NCBI RefSeq assembly: GCF_000143415.4
Contig: NW_003314319.1
Location: forward strand, 710,365 to 774,364
Source: Selaginella moellendorffii
Taxonomy: Eukaryota; Plantae; Lycopodiophyta
Length of the DNA: 64,000 bases
Direction: 5' to 3'
Shown here: piece after piece, positions 49,209 to 63,030 of the stretch
Layout: each line of letters opens with the position of its first letter
How positions within the stretch are numbered: the first letter of the stretch is position 1
Notes under the pieces: model-generated
What the model was told of the DNA's origin: nothing
Seen by the model: only the letters and a program-made list of their open reading frames with translations
Databases searched by the model: none
Position numbers and translations under genes: made by a program

Positions 49209-51910
49209 TTATTCTCCCACCAGGAGAGCTTCGCCTCTCACGTCCCTGGCAATCTCTACCACCTCGGGTTTGCTCCTTGTCGATTCCAATTCTTGCTGAG
49301 CTGCTACCTCGGTTTTGCTCACAGCAGCACCACCTTTGACGGCTCTTATCCTCGCCAGGAAACCTCTCACGAGAGCCTGCATTTTCGTCCCAGCGCCCTG
49401 GATGTACACGGCCTGGATCCGCTTCTCACACTTGATGCGCAGAGTGAGAGGCAACCCCTGCGTTAATCCGAGCCAAACGTAAGTATCACAAGCTTGGAAT
49501 AGCAGCTACTTATAGTTGGTCCGATCTTATACAGCGTCAGTGTTTCCAGCAGCTCCTTGAAAGGGATTCCTTTGTTTGGAACTCGAAAACTCATCACCTC
49601 GTACTCTATTCTCATGTACCTGAGCAGAACAAAGAAAAAAACGAGTGAGAGACAAAGAGAGATTGGGAGGATTCCGCAAACACACGCCAAACCATTGGGT
49701 CGCGGACTTGTAGCGCCGGCCCAGCGGGTCACCGAGAGCGTTTACAAATCGTCGCAGCTTGTGCATGCCAATGTATCCCGTAGCACTGGACGATTGTAAA
49801 GTTAGTTCCACAAGGACTTGAACGTAAGTAAGTGGCTTACTTGGGATCGAATGGTTCTTGGCTCCAAAAGTTTCGATATGCTAACAGGTGCTCCGGCATA
49901 ACCACCGAGGTTCTACGGGCTTTCCTCAGCAAAGCCTGGATAATAGCAGCTTAACTTAAGCCAAATCAGTCGGTCATTAAAAACAAGTGTGCACCTGATG
50001 CTCTGATCGAACACGAAGAAATACACCACTGATACCGGCGATGAAAACGTACGCCAGGAAATATGTACCCAGAACAATTAACGTCATAAAGTAAAAATCT
50101 GTGGTGCAATGGCTTGTGTAAGCAATAAAAGAAACAATGTCAACGCCTCACTGGCTCGCTCCCCTTCAGCATCCTTCACATCATGCATGACGAGGCTCCA
50201 TCCTTCCAAAGTTATCACCTGCAGAGTGACCACTTTGAAGTGTGCTAAGGCGATAAGATGCTATGACGTGACACAAACCTGAAACATGGTAAGCAGCGAA
50301 TACCAGAGATAATCAAAAGTTGTCGCTCCATGGTATGTCGACAAACAAAGAGATGGATAAGGAATGAGCTTATAGAAAAAACTCAGCATACAGTTCTGAA
50401 ATGGTGGACATACGTAACCGCTGGCAGCTTTTTTGTCACAAAAGCGCATGGGATAAGCAAGTTGCTTGTCTGCTGTTCAAAAGCACCTGCCCAGGAAGAT
50501 TTTGAGTTCACGTGATAAGAACTATCGAGATTACCTTTGATTCATCGAGTTTTGCAAGAACTGCGTGCCGAGTAGAGAATAGAAAACCAACAGAAAGAAC
50601 GACAAAAGGATAACGTTTTGGAGAGGACCAACGCTCTTTTTCACGGCCGCTATGATGGCCTATTGTAAAGTGTTAACAATGCACAGATCAGCCAAAAGGA
50701 AATTTACAAACCATACTATGACATCGGCAAAAAATGTGACGTGCGTCAACGCTAGCAGGTCCCGAAACACGCGGAACACGGCTATCCGGGCGAAAAAATC
50801 ATGTCCAGTTACACCTCGAGCAATGATATGTACCCTGCACCTCGCAAAGAGCTGGTGAAACACTTACGACCGTCAGATACAAAACCTCAACATTACCAGG
50901 AATCGAAAACAATGACAAAGTCGAGCCTATTGTACGGATTCCGCATGTAGCAGTGACGGCCTCTGATAAAACAAAGAGCCGAAATTCGTAAAACCATTTC
51001 AATCCTGCAAACACAAGTGTGAGGGGAAACCTCGAAGAGGAAACAACGATTACGTATAAAGCGCTGTGATGAGCCCGTCCAGGAAATCGATGTTGAAACT
51101 CCGGACGTGTGTCCACCGTTCGTGCCTAGACCCAGCCATCGGTTGAAAGACAAGCACTGCCATATGGGAGCATATAAGAAACACAAGAACATACTCGGCT
51201 CTCCTGCCACCAAAGCCTGTTAGAGGAAGGATGATAAACTTCTATCCACGTACTGATTGTAGAGAAGCCTGAAAATGTATAAGCGTGACGGGCTGTAGAG
51301 GCTCCAAATTCCAAGCGCAGTGCCCTCCATTCTTGCTCCAGTCCCGACAGCACTCCGCCTCGCCTTTCTTCTTATATTCTAGAAACAGAACATAAGGACT
51401 CTCCAAAGTCGAAAGAAGTAAAGTTACCATGAGCCTCTTGAACTCTTCCAGTTCTTGGTTGCCGGGGAATCGGGAATCGCTGGGGCCAGTTGATCCAGTG
51501 CGGCAATCAATGCAGCAGACGAAGATGATGACGCTGCTCGGTCGCGATCCGGCGCTGCTTTGCTCACGCCATGAATCGGAGGCAGCTGATCCTCCCATGT
51601 CGGATGCCGAGCTATGAAATCGTGATCTTCTTGCGGGACGGGATCACTAGAAGAAGTATTTCGAGGCGATCGATCAATCACTGCATCAACCCTCCGAGCG
51701 AGCGGCGGTGGGGAAACGATGAGGATGATCCAATCTTGATCGGCGGCATTCTAGTATTCCGAGAATCGAGGCGCTGCGCGCGTCTTGTTCCCGGCGCTGG
51801 CATCACATCGAAGGGTATTGTGGATATTTCGGAGCTGGTAGTCTCGATCCGGTTCGTGGCGCCCCAAATTTCCTGGCGTCTTCCGCGCGGCCGATGCATG
51901 ACGACGGTGT
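49209..51910 (-). pseudogene. Voltage-gated channel copy B: IQ tail fused to domain I by a large internal deletion; retains the 5' region missing from A and C
   Basis: Contains the IQ segment 'KMQALVRGFLAR'. The junction at about 49903 joins sequence matching about 33010 to sequence matching about 36683. Domain I 'RIAVFRVFR' and 'ITLEGW' are present, and similarity extends upstream past the A/C truncation point. Confidence 0.85.
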
Positions 51911-52177
51911 AGCGGCATCGGGTGTCGACAAGAACGCTGCTGATCACTATTCCAGGTCTCGCGTTTTCATGTGTACAGGAGGATTGGACAGAATTGATGA
52001 GGAGATAGATCGCTCGCCGGTATGCTCAGCAGGCGCTATGATCCACCGTTACCAGTAAAACATCCTACTGGAACATCGCCAACGCGCAGATCAAGAAGGT
52101 TATGTATTCTCCTCTACAGGAAGAAGACTCGCAGCTTGTGCTTCCACCGCTTTGAGCAAGACCAAGATCGCCGCATC

Positions 52178-52550
52178 GATGTGGAGCGAATGCGAACAGT
52201 GAAGCCGGTGCCTGGACCGACCATGTTTGCTCTCGGGGTTTTTGATGAGGTGAAGATCTTGCCAGTAGTATTGAACAAGGTACCGCATTCTCGTCCAGGA
52301 TCTTGCAAATGGTAATATTTCATTCCTTTTATGCTGCTTTTTCTTCACAGGTGTTCGTGGTGTTTCGTACATTATGGATTATCGCAACCAGAATGACACG
52401 GGGGTGGATTGATAAATGAGGATCGATCGGAAGAACACGCTTGTGAGTAGATTTGGGACGAAGGCTGGTAAGTTTTCTTCTATTGTTTCTTCTTTTTTTT
52501 TCTTACAACTTTTTCTCCAGCTGCAAAGAATGAGGGACGTCTCGAGCTGA
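52178..52550 (+). pseudogene. RPA49 internal fragment (copy C)
   Basis: Matches parts of 16940-17400, with deletions and stops. Confidence 0.85.
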
Positions 52551-52701
52551 GGATCTGGCAGCAGCCCTGAGAGTAAAACAAGAGCCTCAAGTGACCACTA
52601 TTCCAAATCGTCAAGCAATTGCCTCTTTTTCAATTGGCTTGAGGGGAGAAAGATAGAGTGAAGGCAAGGACACGACTTGCAGATTGATGCTCGAAATATT
52701 G

Positions 52702-53548
52702 CCCCTTGTTTCCTTACAAGCTTTCTTTTGTGTATGGCAGCGTATGAAGCTCCAGATCCATATGCTATCTGGGGATAACCATGAGACGGCCCAGAGCGTC
52801 CAGAGCAATGTAAGCTTCTATTTCCATCTTCGAGGTGTCACTGAATAATCTCCATTACAGTTGGGAGGAGTTACTGTAGACTCCGGTCTTCTCCCAAGTC
52901 AGAATCATCCAAGAGCTGAAAGAAAACCTCGGTGTGGCGGGAATGATAGGCGACGGGATAAACGACGCCCTGGCTTTAGCAGCGGCGGACGTAGGATTTG
53001 CCATGGGTCTAGCCGGATCAGCAGTGGCAGTGGAGACATCGGACGTTTTCCTCATGACTGACGATCTCCGGAAGCTGAGCATGGTGGTGAGTCTGGGAAG
53101 GAGAGTCCACACCAAAGTTATACAGAACGTTGTCATCTCGGTGGGCCTCAAAGTCGCGATACTGGCATTCTCGTTCGCTGGCTATGGCTACCTGTGGATG
53201 GCGGTCCTGGTCGACGTCGGGGCGTGCTTGCTGGTGATCTCAAACAGTACGCTTTTACTCCGAGGGACAGGGAAGAAGAGATCATCAGGCCACCACCATC
53301 ACCAGGGAAAGAATTGCAAGGATCACGACCATGATCACGACGGTGGTAAGCAGTGCTCCAAGGACGACGATCACGCCAGAAGAACACAGTGCTCTGATCA
53401 CGAGCATGGTGCTGAGAAGCACCAGCACCATCGCCATCCCAGCCACGACCATGGTCACAACCATAGTCACGACCATCACCACCACCAGGATCGAGGTCAC
53501 TCACACTGCAAGAAGCACGCTTGTGGCAAAGGCACACGCTCAATTTAA
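52702..53548 (+). pseudogene. HMA P1B-ATPase 3' fragment (copy C)
   Basis: Near-identical to 21948-22830 ('[20 protein letters not shown]', His-rich tail). The 5' two-thirds are absent and there is a frameshift at about 52895. Confidence 0.92.
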
Positions 53549-53720
53549 ACGCTGAGAATATTTGTCGTTGGTTTAGGCTCTGTAACACGTGGCAGGCGTA
53601 AACTCCGCCATTGTGGGTTTAGGTTGGAGCAGGGGGCGATGGCGAGGGCGGCGGCGTTCTCGCGGAGGATTCTTGATTGTTTTGAGTGATCTGGGGACTC
53701 GCATTTTGATTCTGGAGGCC

Positions 53721-55462
53721 ATGGAAGGCGATGACACGACTTGCCGATCACTGCTGCGGGAGCTCCAGGTAAGCCTCGGCTCCTCGCGAATTATTGCCTC
53801 TGAAGTTTCTCACGATCGCGGTGGATCGCCCGCGCGCAGAGTATCTGGGAGGAGACGGGGGAGAGCGACGAGGAGAGGGACAGAATGCTGCTCCAGCTGG
53901 AGCAAGAATGCCTGGATGTGTACCGGCGGAAGGTGGGCTCGGCTGCACCAGCTGCTGGCAGATTCCGAGTCGGAGCTCGCGTCGCTCCTGTCGCTCCTGG
54001 GTGATCGCCCTTGCATGGTACACGTTGTTTGATCCATCTCACAGTGCTTTTCCAATGCCCGTTGTTCTTCCTTTCAGTTAGAGAAGAGGTCGGGCACTAC
54101 TCTGCGAGAGCAGCTCTTGTCCGTCTCACCTCAGTTAGAATGCTTGCGTCTGAGGAAAGAGGAGCGGCTGAAGCAATTTGAGGACGTGCAATGCCAGATA
54201 CAAAGGCTCTCTCAGGAGATATCGCCAGGGGCATTGCAAGAGGCCGAGAATGGAGCTTTTTCTTGGAAAGGTTTGTTGCTGAGAAAGCTGTATGAGTACC
54301 ATTGCCAGGTTCAAGAGCTTCAGGATGTAAAGGTTGGTTTGTATTGGCACGGTTGGCATTCTTTTTTCTTACAAGTGACATTTCCAGAGTACCCGGCTCC
54401 ACAAATTCTCAGAGCTTCTCGAGGTTCTGCAGGGATATTGCGTCCTGTTGGGGGCAGACTACACCGAGGCTGTCAAGGAAGTGCATCCGAGCCTTTGTGA
54501 TCCAGGCCAGAGCAGAAGTATTAGCGATGAGACGCTAGAGAACTTAGTCAAGACGATCGGGAGTCAGGTATAAATTTATTCTGTGTGCATTTCCTGGCTG
54601 ATGTTTCGTGTGCACAGGGATAGTGGACTTGTCAGAACTACTTGCTACAATCGAAAGTAGTATCGCCGAGGAGAAGGAAGAATCACTCGGCAGACAAGAT
54701 ATAATGGAATGAATGGAACGGTGGATTAGTGCGTGTGAAGAAGAAAGCTGGCTTGAAGAATACAATAAGGTATGAGCGTTATGCTATTTCACTTATTCAT
54801 TTTCGATTGTAGGATGAAAGCCGCTTCAATGCAACCAGAGGAGCACATTTGAATCTAAAACGTGCAGAAAGAGCTCGTGACATCGTGGCCAAACTCCCCA
54901 GTGCGTTGCTATTTCTTTTCTCAGTTTTCACAACCTTTTTGCAGATCTTCTTGAATTATTGAAGTCCAAAATGCGGTCTTGGGAGGACGAAAGAGGCAGG
55001 CCCTTCTTATATAACGGGGTACGTAAGTGATTTTCGTAGACGCTTCTGAAAGTGCTTTGCAGATTTCTCTACTGGCAATTCTAGAAGAATATAGCTTGCT
55101 ACGACGAGAGAAAGAAGAAGAAAAGCGCCGACTGAGGGTAACTCTGCAGTTTAGTGCCTGTTAAGACGTTAACTGGCTAAATGCAGGAGGAGAAGAGAAT
55201 GCAGGAGCAACTGCAAACTGAGCAGGAACTGCTCTACGGCACAAAGCCGTCCAAAAAGGGACAGGTGGGACTTCGCGTGAGTGGAAACAATGCAAACCGA
55301 CGACTTTCGATAGTCCCTGAGCTCTTACCCGCACCGAAGGCTAGCAATCAAAAGGTTAACCGGGTGAAACGCTACTCTCCGATGATGAATTACGTTGCCT
55401 TGCCTAAGGATCCCGAAGGTTCTTCGATTGGATCAGCTCCGGATTCTCCTGTTGCAGCATGA
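53721..55462 (+). pseudogene. MAP65 copy C (deletions, frameshifts, premature stop)
   Basis: Paralogue of 23068-25279, with an internal deletion at about 54560 and AGA>TGA at about 54710. Confidence 0.92.
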
Positions 55463-55910
55463 AGGTCAGGTTTTTGTTAGAATGATGTGATGATTCGTGC
55501 GTGATGTTTTGCCTGTGGTGGCCAGAGCGGTTTTGAAAATTAGGACGATAAGCGTTTATACTGTAAGTAGAGTTTGTTTCTTTTCTATCAAGGGTAATCG
55601 CGTATCCTTTTTCCAGTGCTCCGTGTTTTGTGTATTGGGAAAGCGTAGGAGCGTGTGCTATTTGTTCAAAGCTTTGATTGGTGTAAAGCATCGAACTAAT
55701 TGTTTCGTGTTAAGTTTCATTCAAGGTACATACAAGTCTTGGTTTGCTTACACTTGGAACTTTAAATTCTTCGCGCAGCTTCTGCTGTCGAGAATTGACG
55801 CAGACAAGTTCCACACAGGCTATGCTCTCAAATGATTCAAAGGCTCGCAAGATTGACATGCTATGTACCAGAGAGCCGAAACAACGGTTTTAAAAGGACT
55901 CCATTCCTAT

Positions 55911-58268
55911 TATGGAGTGCATAAGCTCCTAGCACGATCTCCTGTCGCAGATCGAAAGTCACGGGCACGAGCTGAATGTGGACATTGCGAAGCTGGACAA
56001 GGGGGCGACCAGCATTCAGGCCGTGCTTAACAAGTTTAGTTCCGCTACTCTGATGGAGCCGAGGAGTGTCTTGATCTTGTCACAAAATGGAACGACAAGG
56101 CGCAAGCACTGCTGGGATCACATTAAGCATATACACTTGAGAGCTTTAACAGTACAGCTAAATGATCTATGGATGTTTCACAGGGAGAAGCGTTGTGACA
56201 AGATCTCGGAGCTGATACACAGCTACGAGGACGATCTCCTTCCGAAAATTGAAAGGTACGAGCGAGAAGAGTTGAGAGTGATACAGCCGAGCACTAGCTT
56301 CGCCGTACGGAGTTCCCCGCAAGACACAGGCCTAACAACAAAATATGTACCCCGTATTGTTCCTGAGGCCATGTTTGGGGGCCATGAGCAACTGCTGGAT
56401 GAGGTGGTGAATGCCCTCTTGGATCCTGAAGCCCGTAGCAAATGGGTTGGACTGTTGGGAATGGGAGGGTGTGGAAAGACCACCCTCGCAAGCTGCGTGC
56501 ACAATGATTGGAGGCAGCATTTCCATGACAACATTGTGTGGATCACTGTGAAGAAAGATGCTTCGGAGGACGATCTCAAGGCCCAGCTCCTCAACGCTCT
56601 TGAATGGGGTGAAATGAAAGAGAGGATTTTATAGCAGGGCCATCCTCTGGCCGGATCCTGGTGACAACCAGAAAGGAAGGCATTTTGCATCCGGATGCAA
56701 AGGCATTTGCTGTGCATGAGCTATCAATGGACGAAAGCAAAAAGATGTTTTGGAAGTTTGCCTTCGGTGTGCATGATCCACAACCCAGTGACCCTGATGT
56801 TGTGGGATTTGCCAAGAAAATAGCTCGAAAATGTAAGGGACTTCCAGTGATTGGCAGTCAGAGGTGAAGGGCCACATGTGTGGGAAGAACGATATAAGAG
56901 GTTGCACTTGTCCAATGACCCAGACGTTGAGAAGCAGATGTTCAAGCGCTTGAAGTTCAGCTATGACGAGCTGGGAAACTATGAGGGTGAAAAGCTGCAA
57001 GAGTGCTTTCTCTATGTGGCTGCATTCCCACACAAATTAATTGAATTTAGTTCCTTGAGCAAATGTTGGATGAAGGTTGGCTCAGAACTCTCACCCACAG
57101 CGATTGTCAATGAACTGGAACGGAGATGCCTGGTCAAGATAGATAAGTCTTGGGGGTATGAAGAAGCTCCTGGTTATATAATCGTACACGATATGCTACA
57201 CAAACTGTGCATAAGAATCTTAAAAGGGAAGTACGGTCCACAGCAAGAGCACGAGAAGGGATGCCTGTTTGGATATGAGTGGACAAGTGGCATTCAGGAT
57301 GCAACATTTGCTAAAGTTTCATTCATCTCAAAGAATGTTGGCAGCTTTCTATCCGATAATCATGTGCGAGATGTTATACTTATGGATGAATGTATAGGAC
57401 TTTCTAATGTGGATGACAGTCTTATCAATCACATACAAGGTGTCAAGGTATTGAGCTTGTGGCGATGCTCTAGGATCCATTTTATTCCAGAGAGCCTTTC
57501 CAAGCTGAAAAACCTTCAAGTGCTTGACATTCGAGGAACAAAAGTGAGTCAGATGCGCTTTTCAGCCTGACATCACTGAAATATCTAAAATCTACTTAAT
57601 GGACGCCCATAAAGTGTAACATTGCATTACTGCCCCAGCTCTCCAACTTGGAAGAGCTGGAGCCGAGCCTTGATTCAAAAGAGGAGTCATCAGTTGTGGA
57701 TTTGACTAGAATTTCACGTAAACTAAAACTTCTAGATCTAAGAATGACACATGGTACAATGAAGGTGCCAGAAAGCATGGGGACACTGGCGCACATTGAA
57801 ACATTGGTTTTACATGCAAACAACATTGACTTTGCCAGTTTCGTTGGGTTATGGCAACTTGTCAACCTAACAAAATGTCTAATTCGTGTGAGAACCGTCA
57901 GCAGAGCTACTTGGAAACAAATGTTTATGAAATCAATCAAGCTTCAACATTTTTCCATCGTTGGGGTAGAAGACAGTGAAAGTAGTGATGACAGCTTCGA
58001 ATGGTTGCAATTACGATATTTAGACATCCGTGATATCATAAACCTATCTTTGTTGCCCCACGGCCTAGAAACATTTTTTAATTAAATGCAATCGTATCCA
58101 CTTCTTCAACCTGGATGGATCATTCCCAAGTCTTGAAAGGCTGTGGCTTACTAATCTACGCATTGCACAGTCAAAATTCAAGGATGATTTGGCTGCCAGT
58201 CTTCCAAATCTGAAAGAGTTGCACTTTTGGCTAGCTCCTGATATTGAATGGGAGCAATTGCCTCTCTT
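55911..58268 (+). pseudogene. NLR copy C (first N-terminal repeat, kinase-2 region and C-terminus deleted)
   Basis: Paralogue of 29339-31866. The P-loop is intact, but there are deletions and frameshifts at about 56625, 56845 and 57550. It is fused to the channel 3' end at about 58265. Confidence 0.92.
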
Positions 58269-61200
58269 CACGAGAGCCGGCATTTTCGTCGCAGCGCCCT
58301 GGATGTACACGGCCTGGATCCGCTTCTCACGCTTGATGCGCAGAGTGAGAGGCAACCCCTGCGTTAATCCGAGCCAAGCGTAAGTATCAAAAGGTTGGAA
58401 TAGCAGCTCCTTACAGTTGGTCCGATCTTATACAGCGTCAGCGTTCCAGCAGCTCCTTGAAAGGGATTCCTTTGTTTGGAACTCGAAAACTCATCACCTC
58501 GTACTCTATTCTCACGTACCTGAGCAGAACAAAGAAGAAAACGAGATTGGGAGGACTCCACAAACACACGCCAAACCATTGGGTTGCGGACTTGTAGCGC
58601 CGGCCCAGCGGGTCACCGAGGGCGTTTACAAATCGTCGCAGCTTGTGCATGCCAATGTATCCCGTAGCACTGGACGATTGTAAAGTTAGTTCCACAAGGA
58701 CTTGAACGTAAGTAAGTGGCTTACTTGGGATCGAATGGTTCTTGGCTCCACAAGTTTCGATATGCTAACAGGTGCTCTGGCATAACCATAGAGTTCTCGT
58801 TCAAAAGGCCGAAGGTTACAGCATCCAGTATCACAGCCACGAACAAGTTCATGAATATGTGACTCCTGACCAAGACCAAGAAGGTGAAGAAGATAGTCCC
58901 GCCCTCTGGATAGCCACAATCATCGCCGAGTAGTGTTTTACCGTTGGTGCAGGCGGGTGCATCAATTGTGGTATCCATCATAACGCAAGACCAGTTAATG
59001 AAAGCGTTGACGAAAGTGTGAAAGTTGACAGACGGGCCAATGCAGGTCCCTTCCTTCATTGCACTGAAGAATTGGAAAGCCATCCCTGCAAACATATACA
59101 TGAAAATTGCGAGAAGAACGAGTATCTCAGCTACAGTTGGCAAACAGATGAACATTGTTCGCATAATAACCCGCGCTCTCACTACATGAGGAATGATGCA
59201 AAAAACTTGAGCAATGTAGGCAGTGCGGCCGACATAGCCCCTCACCGTTCCCTTCTTTCCCAAGAGACCAATGGCGGCCATTATGGAGAGTCCAAACGTC
59301 ATCTGCCGTGCAACCTCGTTCTTATAGACCTTCCACTGGAGAAAGGAAAAACCAGGTGGTCAAACAAAAAACAATCGAGAAAAAGATGAATGAGGTACCT
59401 CGTCGCCAAGGAACTTCATCACGGATTCGAGCAGGAAATATGTTGTAATCTCACAGTGAGCCATCTGACGCCGGTCCGAAACAACTGCCGACTGCCCAGC
59501 ATAGTTAGTCGCAAGTAGCCCAGAGTAGCCAAGGAGTGCGAGGATCATGCACTTTTGATATGTGGGATTGCGAATCAAGTAGAAGCACATCCCCCGGATG
59601 GGATTGCTTGGTCGTCGAGCCAGCGGAATAGCATAATTTTTCTGGATGATACAGTTCATGTCCCTCCACAGCTTCTGCCTCTCTGTGAGAAGAACTGCTC
59701 CAGAATTTTTTTCAAACTCGTTGATAAACACCCCGATGAAAACTGACGATATAAAATCCCCCGATACAGCAGAATGCCACGAAAAACAAGGCGTTGACAG
59801 GACTTGCGTTCCGAACAGGCTGGTCTTCCCTAGTGATGTCCATGACAGGATACATGAAGTGCGTCAGCCAGTTGTCGAAAGTGGAGCAGGCGAACATACT
59901 GAGGAGGGCATTCTGGATGTCGTCGAAGTGGAAAACGTTATTAACCCAGGCTCGCGGAGCAAGGATGCCGATGTCATTAACATAGAGGCCGGTACAATAT
60001 GCTCGGTGCGTGATTGTCGGGTCATTGCATTATTATATTTCACAGGTAATTCGATAATAATGACCTCAGTCCTGTAAACCGAACCACGAAACGAAATGAC
60101 CGAAGAGAAGTAAACGCACCGACGGTTGGTATGGAAGTTTCATCCTCAGCGTTATACTTCAGAAGAATAAGCGCATCGGTGACGAGAATAAACAAGTCCA
60201 AGATGTTGTACCAGGCACTCACGTATGCGTCTGGCGCAAAATAAGTCCCTGTGCAACGATCTTCATCAAACAGTCTAGCAAAAAGACCTGCTCCAAAACA
60301 ATGTACAATGTCGAGCAAAATAAGATAAGCATGTGCTCACCACAAAGTTGATCTTCTGCAGACTCCAGATGAAATCGGGGACAATTTTTGGACTGCTGAG
60401 AATCTCGTCCAGAGTTATCACGGCATCTTGAAGTGCGGTTCTTGAACCCCTCCTTTCACCGATATTAGACGGAAAACCAGAAACCTGTAAAACTTGGGAA
60501 GAACGCCTGTGACGCGACAGCGGTGCTTCAGAAGACTCTGCAGCTGGAACGACCGATGGTGGGGCCTCTAAAGCGGATCCAGTAAGACCCCCATTTTTGC
60601 AATATACTTCTTCGAAGAGTAAAACCACCGCATAATTCTTATTGATGTTAAATTTGGAAACGAATGAGAACTGAGTGCCACAATAGATGTGAAAACAACT
60701 ATCAAGTCCAGCAAATTCATTCCTGAAAATTTCGGGATCAGACCAGAAGACAACATGAACAAAGAACTCACCATCGTCAAGAAAGTCGCCAGGACCGTAT
60801 GCTAGAAAGCGCAGCAGAAGTTCCCCGCTGAAAGCAAAAAGCATTACTGCTTGCAACCCGTCTGCATACAAAATTTATCATGCTGAACGAATAGAAAGGA
60901 AGTCGTGAAATGAATACTGAGCGTATGCAACAACCGTTTTGACATCCCATACTTGAAGGACGATAAGAGCACGACGTTAATGGTGACACTGAGAAGTACT
61001 CCCCACTCAAACTTGGGATGTTCAACGATGTCGCGGACTGTCAACGCTGCTTGAACTCCTATCGTCATACTTCGACTGAAAGACCTACTGGACCGCACTC
61101 TCATTGATCTGGCTTGAAGGGCAGTCCGCAGGGAGGTCCGTGTCCGACTTAATGCTCTGCTACACCTTTCTTGACCTGTTGAGTAAGCGGTTATACCATG

Positions 61201-63020
61201 GCATGTGCGAGTCGGCTTTGACGATATTGTCTTTCAGCACTTACCGAGGTTCTATGGGCTTTCCTCAGCAAAGCCTGGATAATAACAGCTTAACTTAAGC
61301 CTGATCATTTGGTGATGTCAAGCGTTGATATGTGAACTCCATGCTAGGGACAGGGGGTGATGGGAAATCAGTAAACAAGTGTGCACCTGATGCTCTGATC
61401 GAACACGAAGAAATACACCACTGATACCGGCGATGAAAACGTCCGCCAGGAAATATGTACCCAGAACAGTTAACGTCATAAAGTAAGAATCTGTGATGCA
61501 ATGGCTTGTGTAAGCAATAAAAGAAAAAATGTCAACGCCTTACTGGCTCGCTCCCCTTCAGCATCCTTCACATCATGCATGACGAGGCTCCATCCTTCCA
61601 AAGTTATCACCTGCAGAGTGACCACTTTGAAGTGTGCTAAGGCGATAAGATGCTATGAAGTGACACAAACCTGAAACATGGTAAGCAGCGAATACCAGAG
61701 ATAATCAAAAGCTGTCGCTCCATGGTTGGGATTCTCGTGTGTCTACAAACAAAGAGATGGATAAGGAATGAGCTTATAGAAAAAACACATCATACAGTTC
61801 TGAAATGGTGGACGTACGTAGCAGCCAGCAGCTTTTTCGTCACAAAAGCGCATGGGATAAGCAAGTTGCTTGTCCGCTATTCGAAAGCACCTGCCCAGGA
61901 GGATTTTGATATCACATGATAAGAACTATCGAGATTACCTTTGATTCATCGAGTTTTGCAAGATCTGCGTGCCGAGTAGAGAATAGAAAACCAACAGAAA
62001 GAACGTCAAAAGGATAACGTTTTGGAGAGGACCAACGCTCTTTTTCACGGCCGCCATGATGGTCTATTGTAAAGTGTTAACAATGCACAAATCAGAAATT
62101 TACAAACCATACTATGACATCGGCAAAAAATGTGACTTGATTCAACGCTAGCAGGACCCGAAACACGCGGAACACGGCTATCCACGAAAAAATCATGTGC
62201 AGTTATGCACCTCCCAAAGAGCTGGTGAAACACTTACGACCATCAAATACAAAACCTGAACATTACCAGGAATCGAAAACAATGACAAAGTCGAGCCTAT
62301 TGTATGGATTCCGCATGTAGCAGTGACGACCTCTGATAAAACCAAGAGCCAAAATTTGTAACACCATTTCAATCCTACAAACACAAGTGTGAGGGGAAAC
62401 CTCGAAGAGGGAAACAACGATTACGTATAAAGCGCTGTGATGAGCCCATCCAGGAAATCGATGTTGAAACTCCACACATGTGTCCATTGTTCATGCCTAG
62501 ACCCCGCCATTGCTTGAAAGACAAGCATTACCATATGGGAGCATATGAGAAACACAAGAATATACTCGGCTCTCCTGCCATCATAGCAGGAAGGATGGTA
62601 AACTTCTATCCACATACTGATTGTAGAGAAGCCTGAAATGTATAAGCATGACGGACTGTAGAGGCTCCAAATTCCAAGCTCCAGTCCCAACAGCACTCTG
62701 CCTTGCCTTTCTTCTTATATTCTAGAAACAGAACATAAGAACTCTCCAAAGTCAAAGGAAGTAAAGTTACCATTGCAGTGTAAGACCTCTTCCAGTTCTT
62801 GGTTGCCATGGAATCGGGAATAGCTTGGGCCAGTTGATCCAGTGCGGCAATCAATGTGGCAGACAAAGACGATGACGCTGCTCGGTCACAATCCGGCGCT
62901 GCTTTGCTCAAGCAGTGAATCGGAGGCAGCCATGTTGGATGCCGAGCTATGAAATCATGATCTTCTTGCGGGACTGGATCAGTGGAAGAAGTATTTCCAG
63001 GCGATCAATCAATCACTAGC
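58268..63020 (-). pseudogene. Voltage-gated channel copy C (multiple internal deletions)
   Basis: Paralogue of 32495-38400, with deletions at about 58997, 60035, 60385 and 60592. Its 5' truncation junction is the same as in copy A ('atcaatcactagctaagctacat'). Confidence 0.85.
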
Positions 63021-63030
63021 TAAGCTACAT

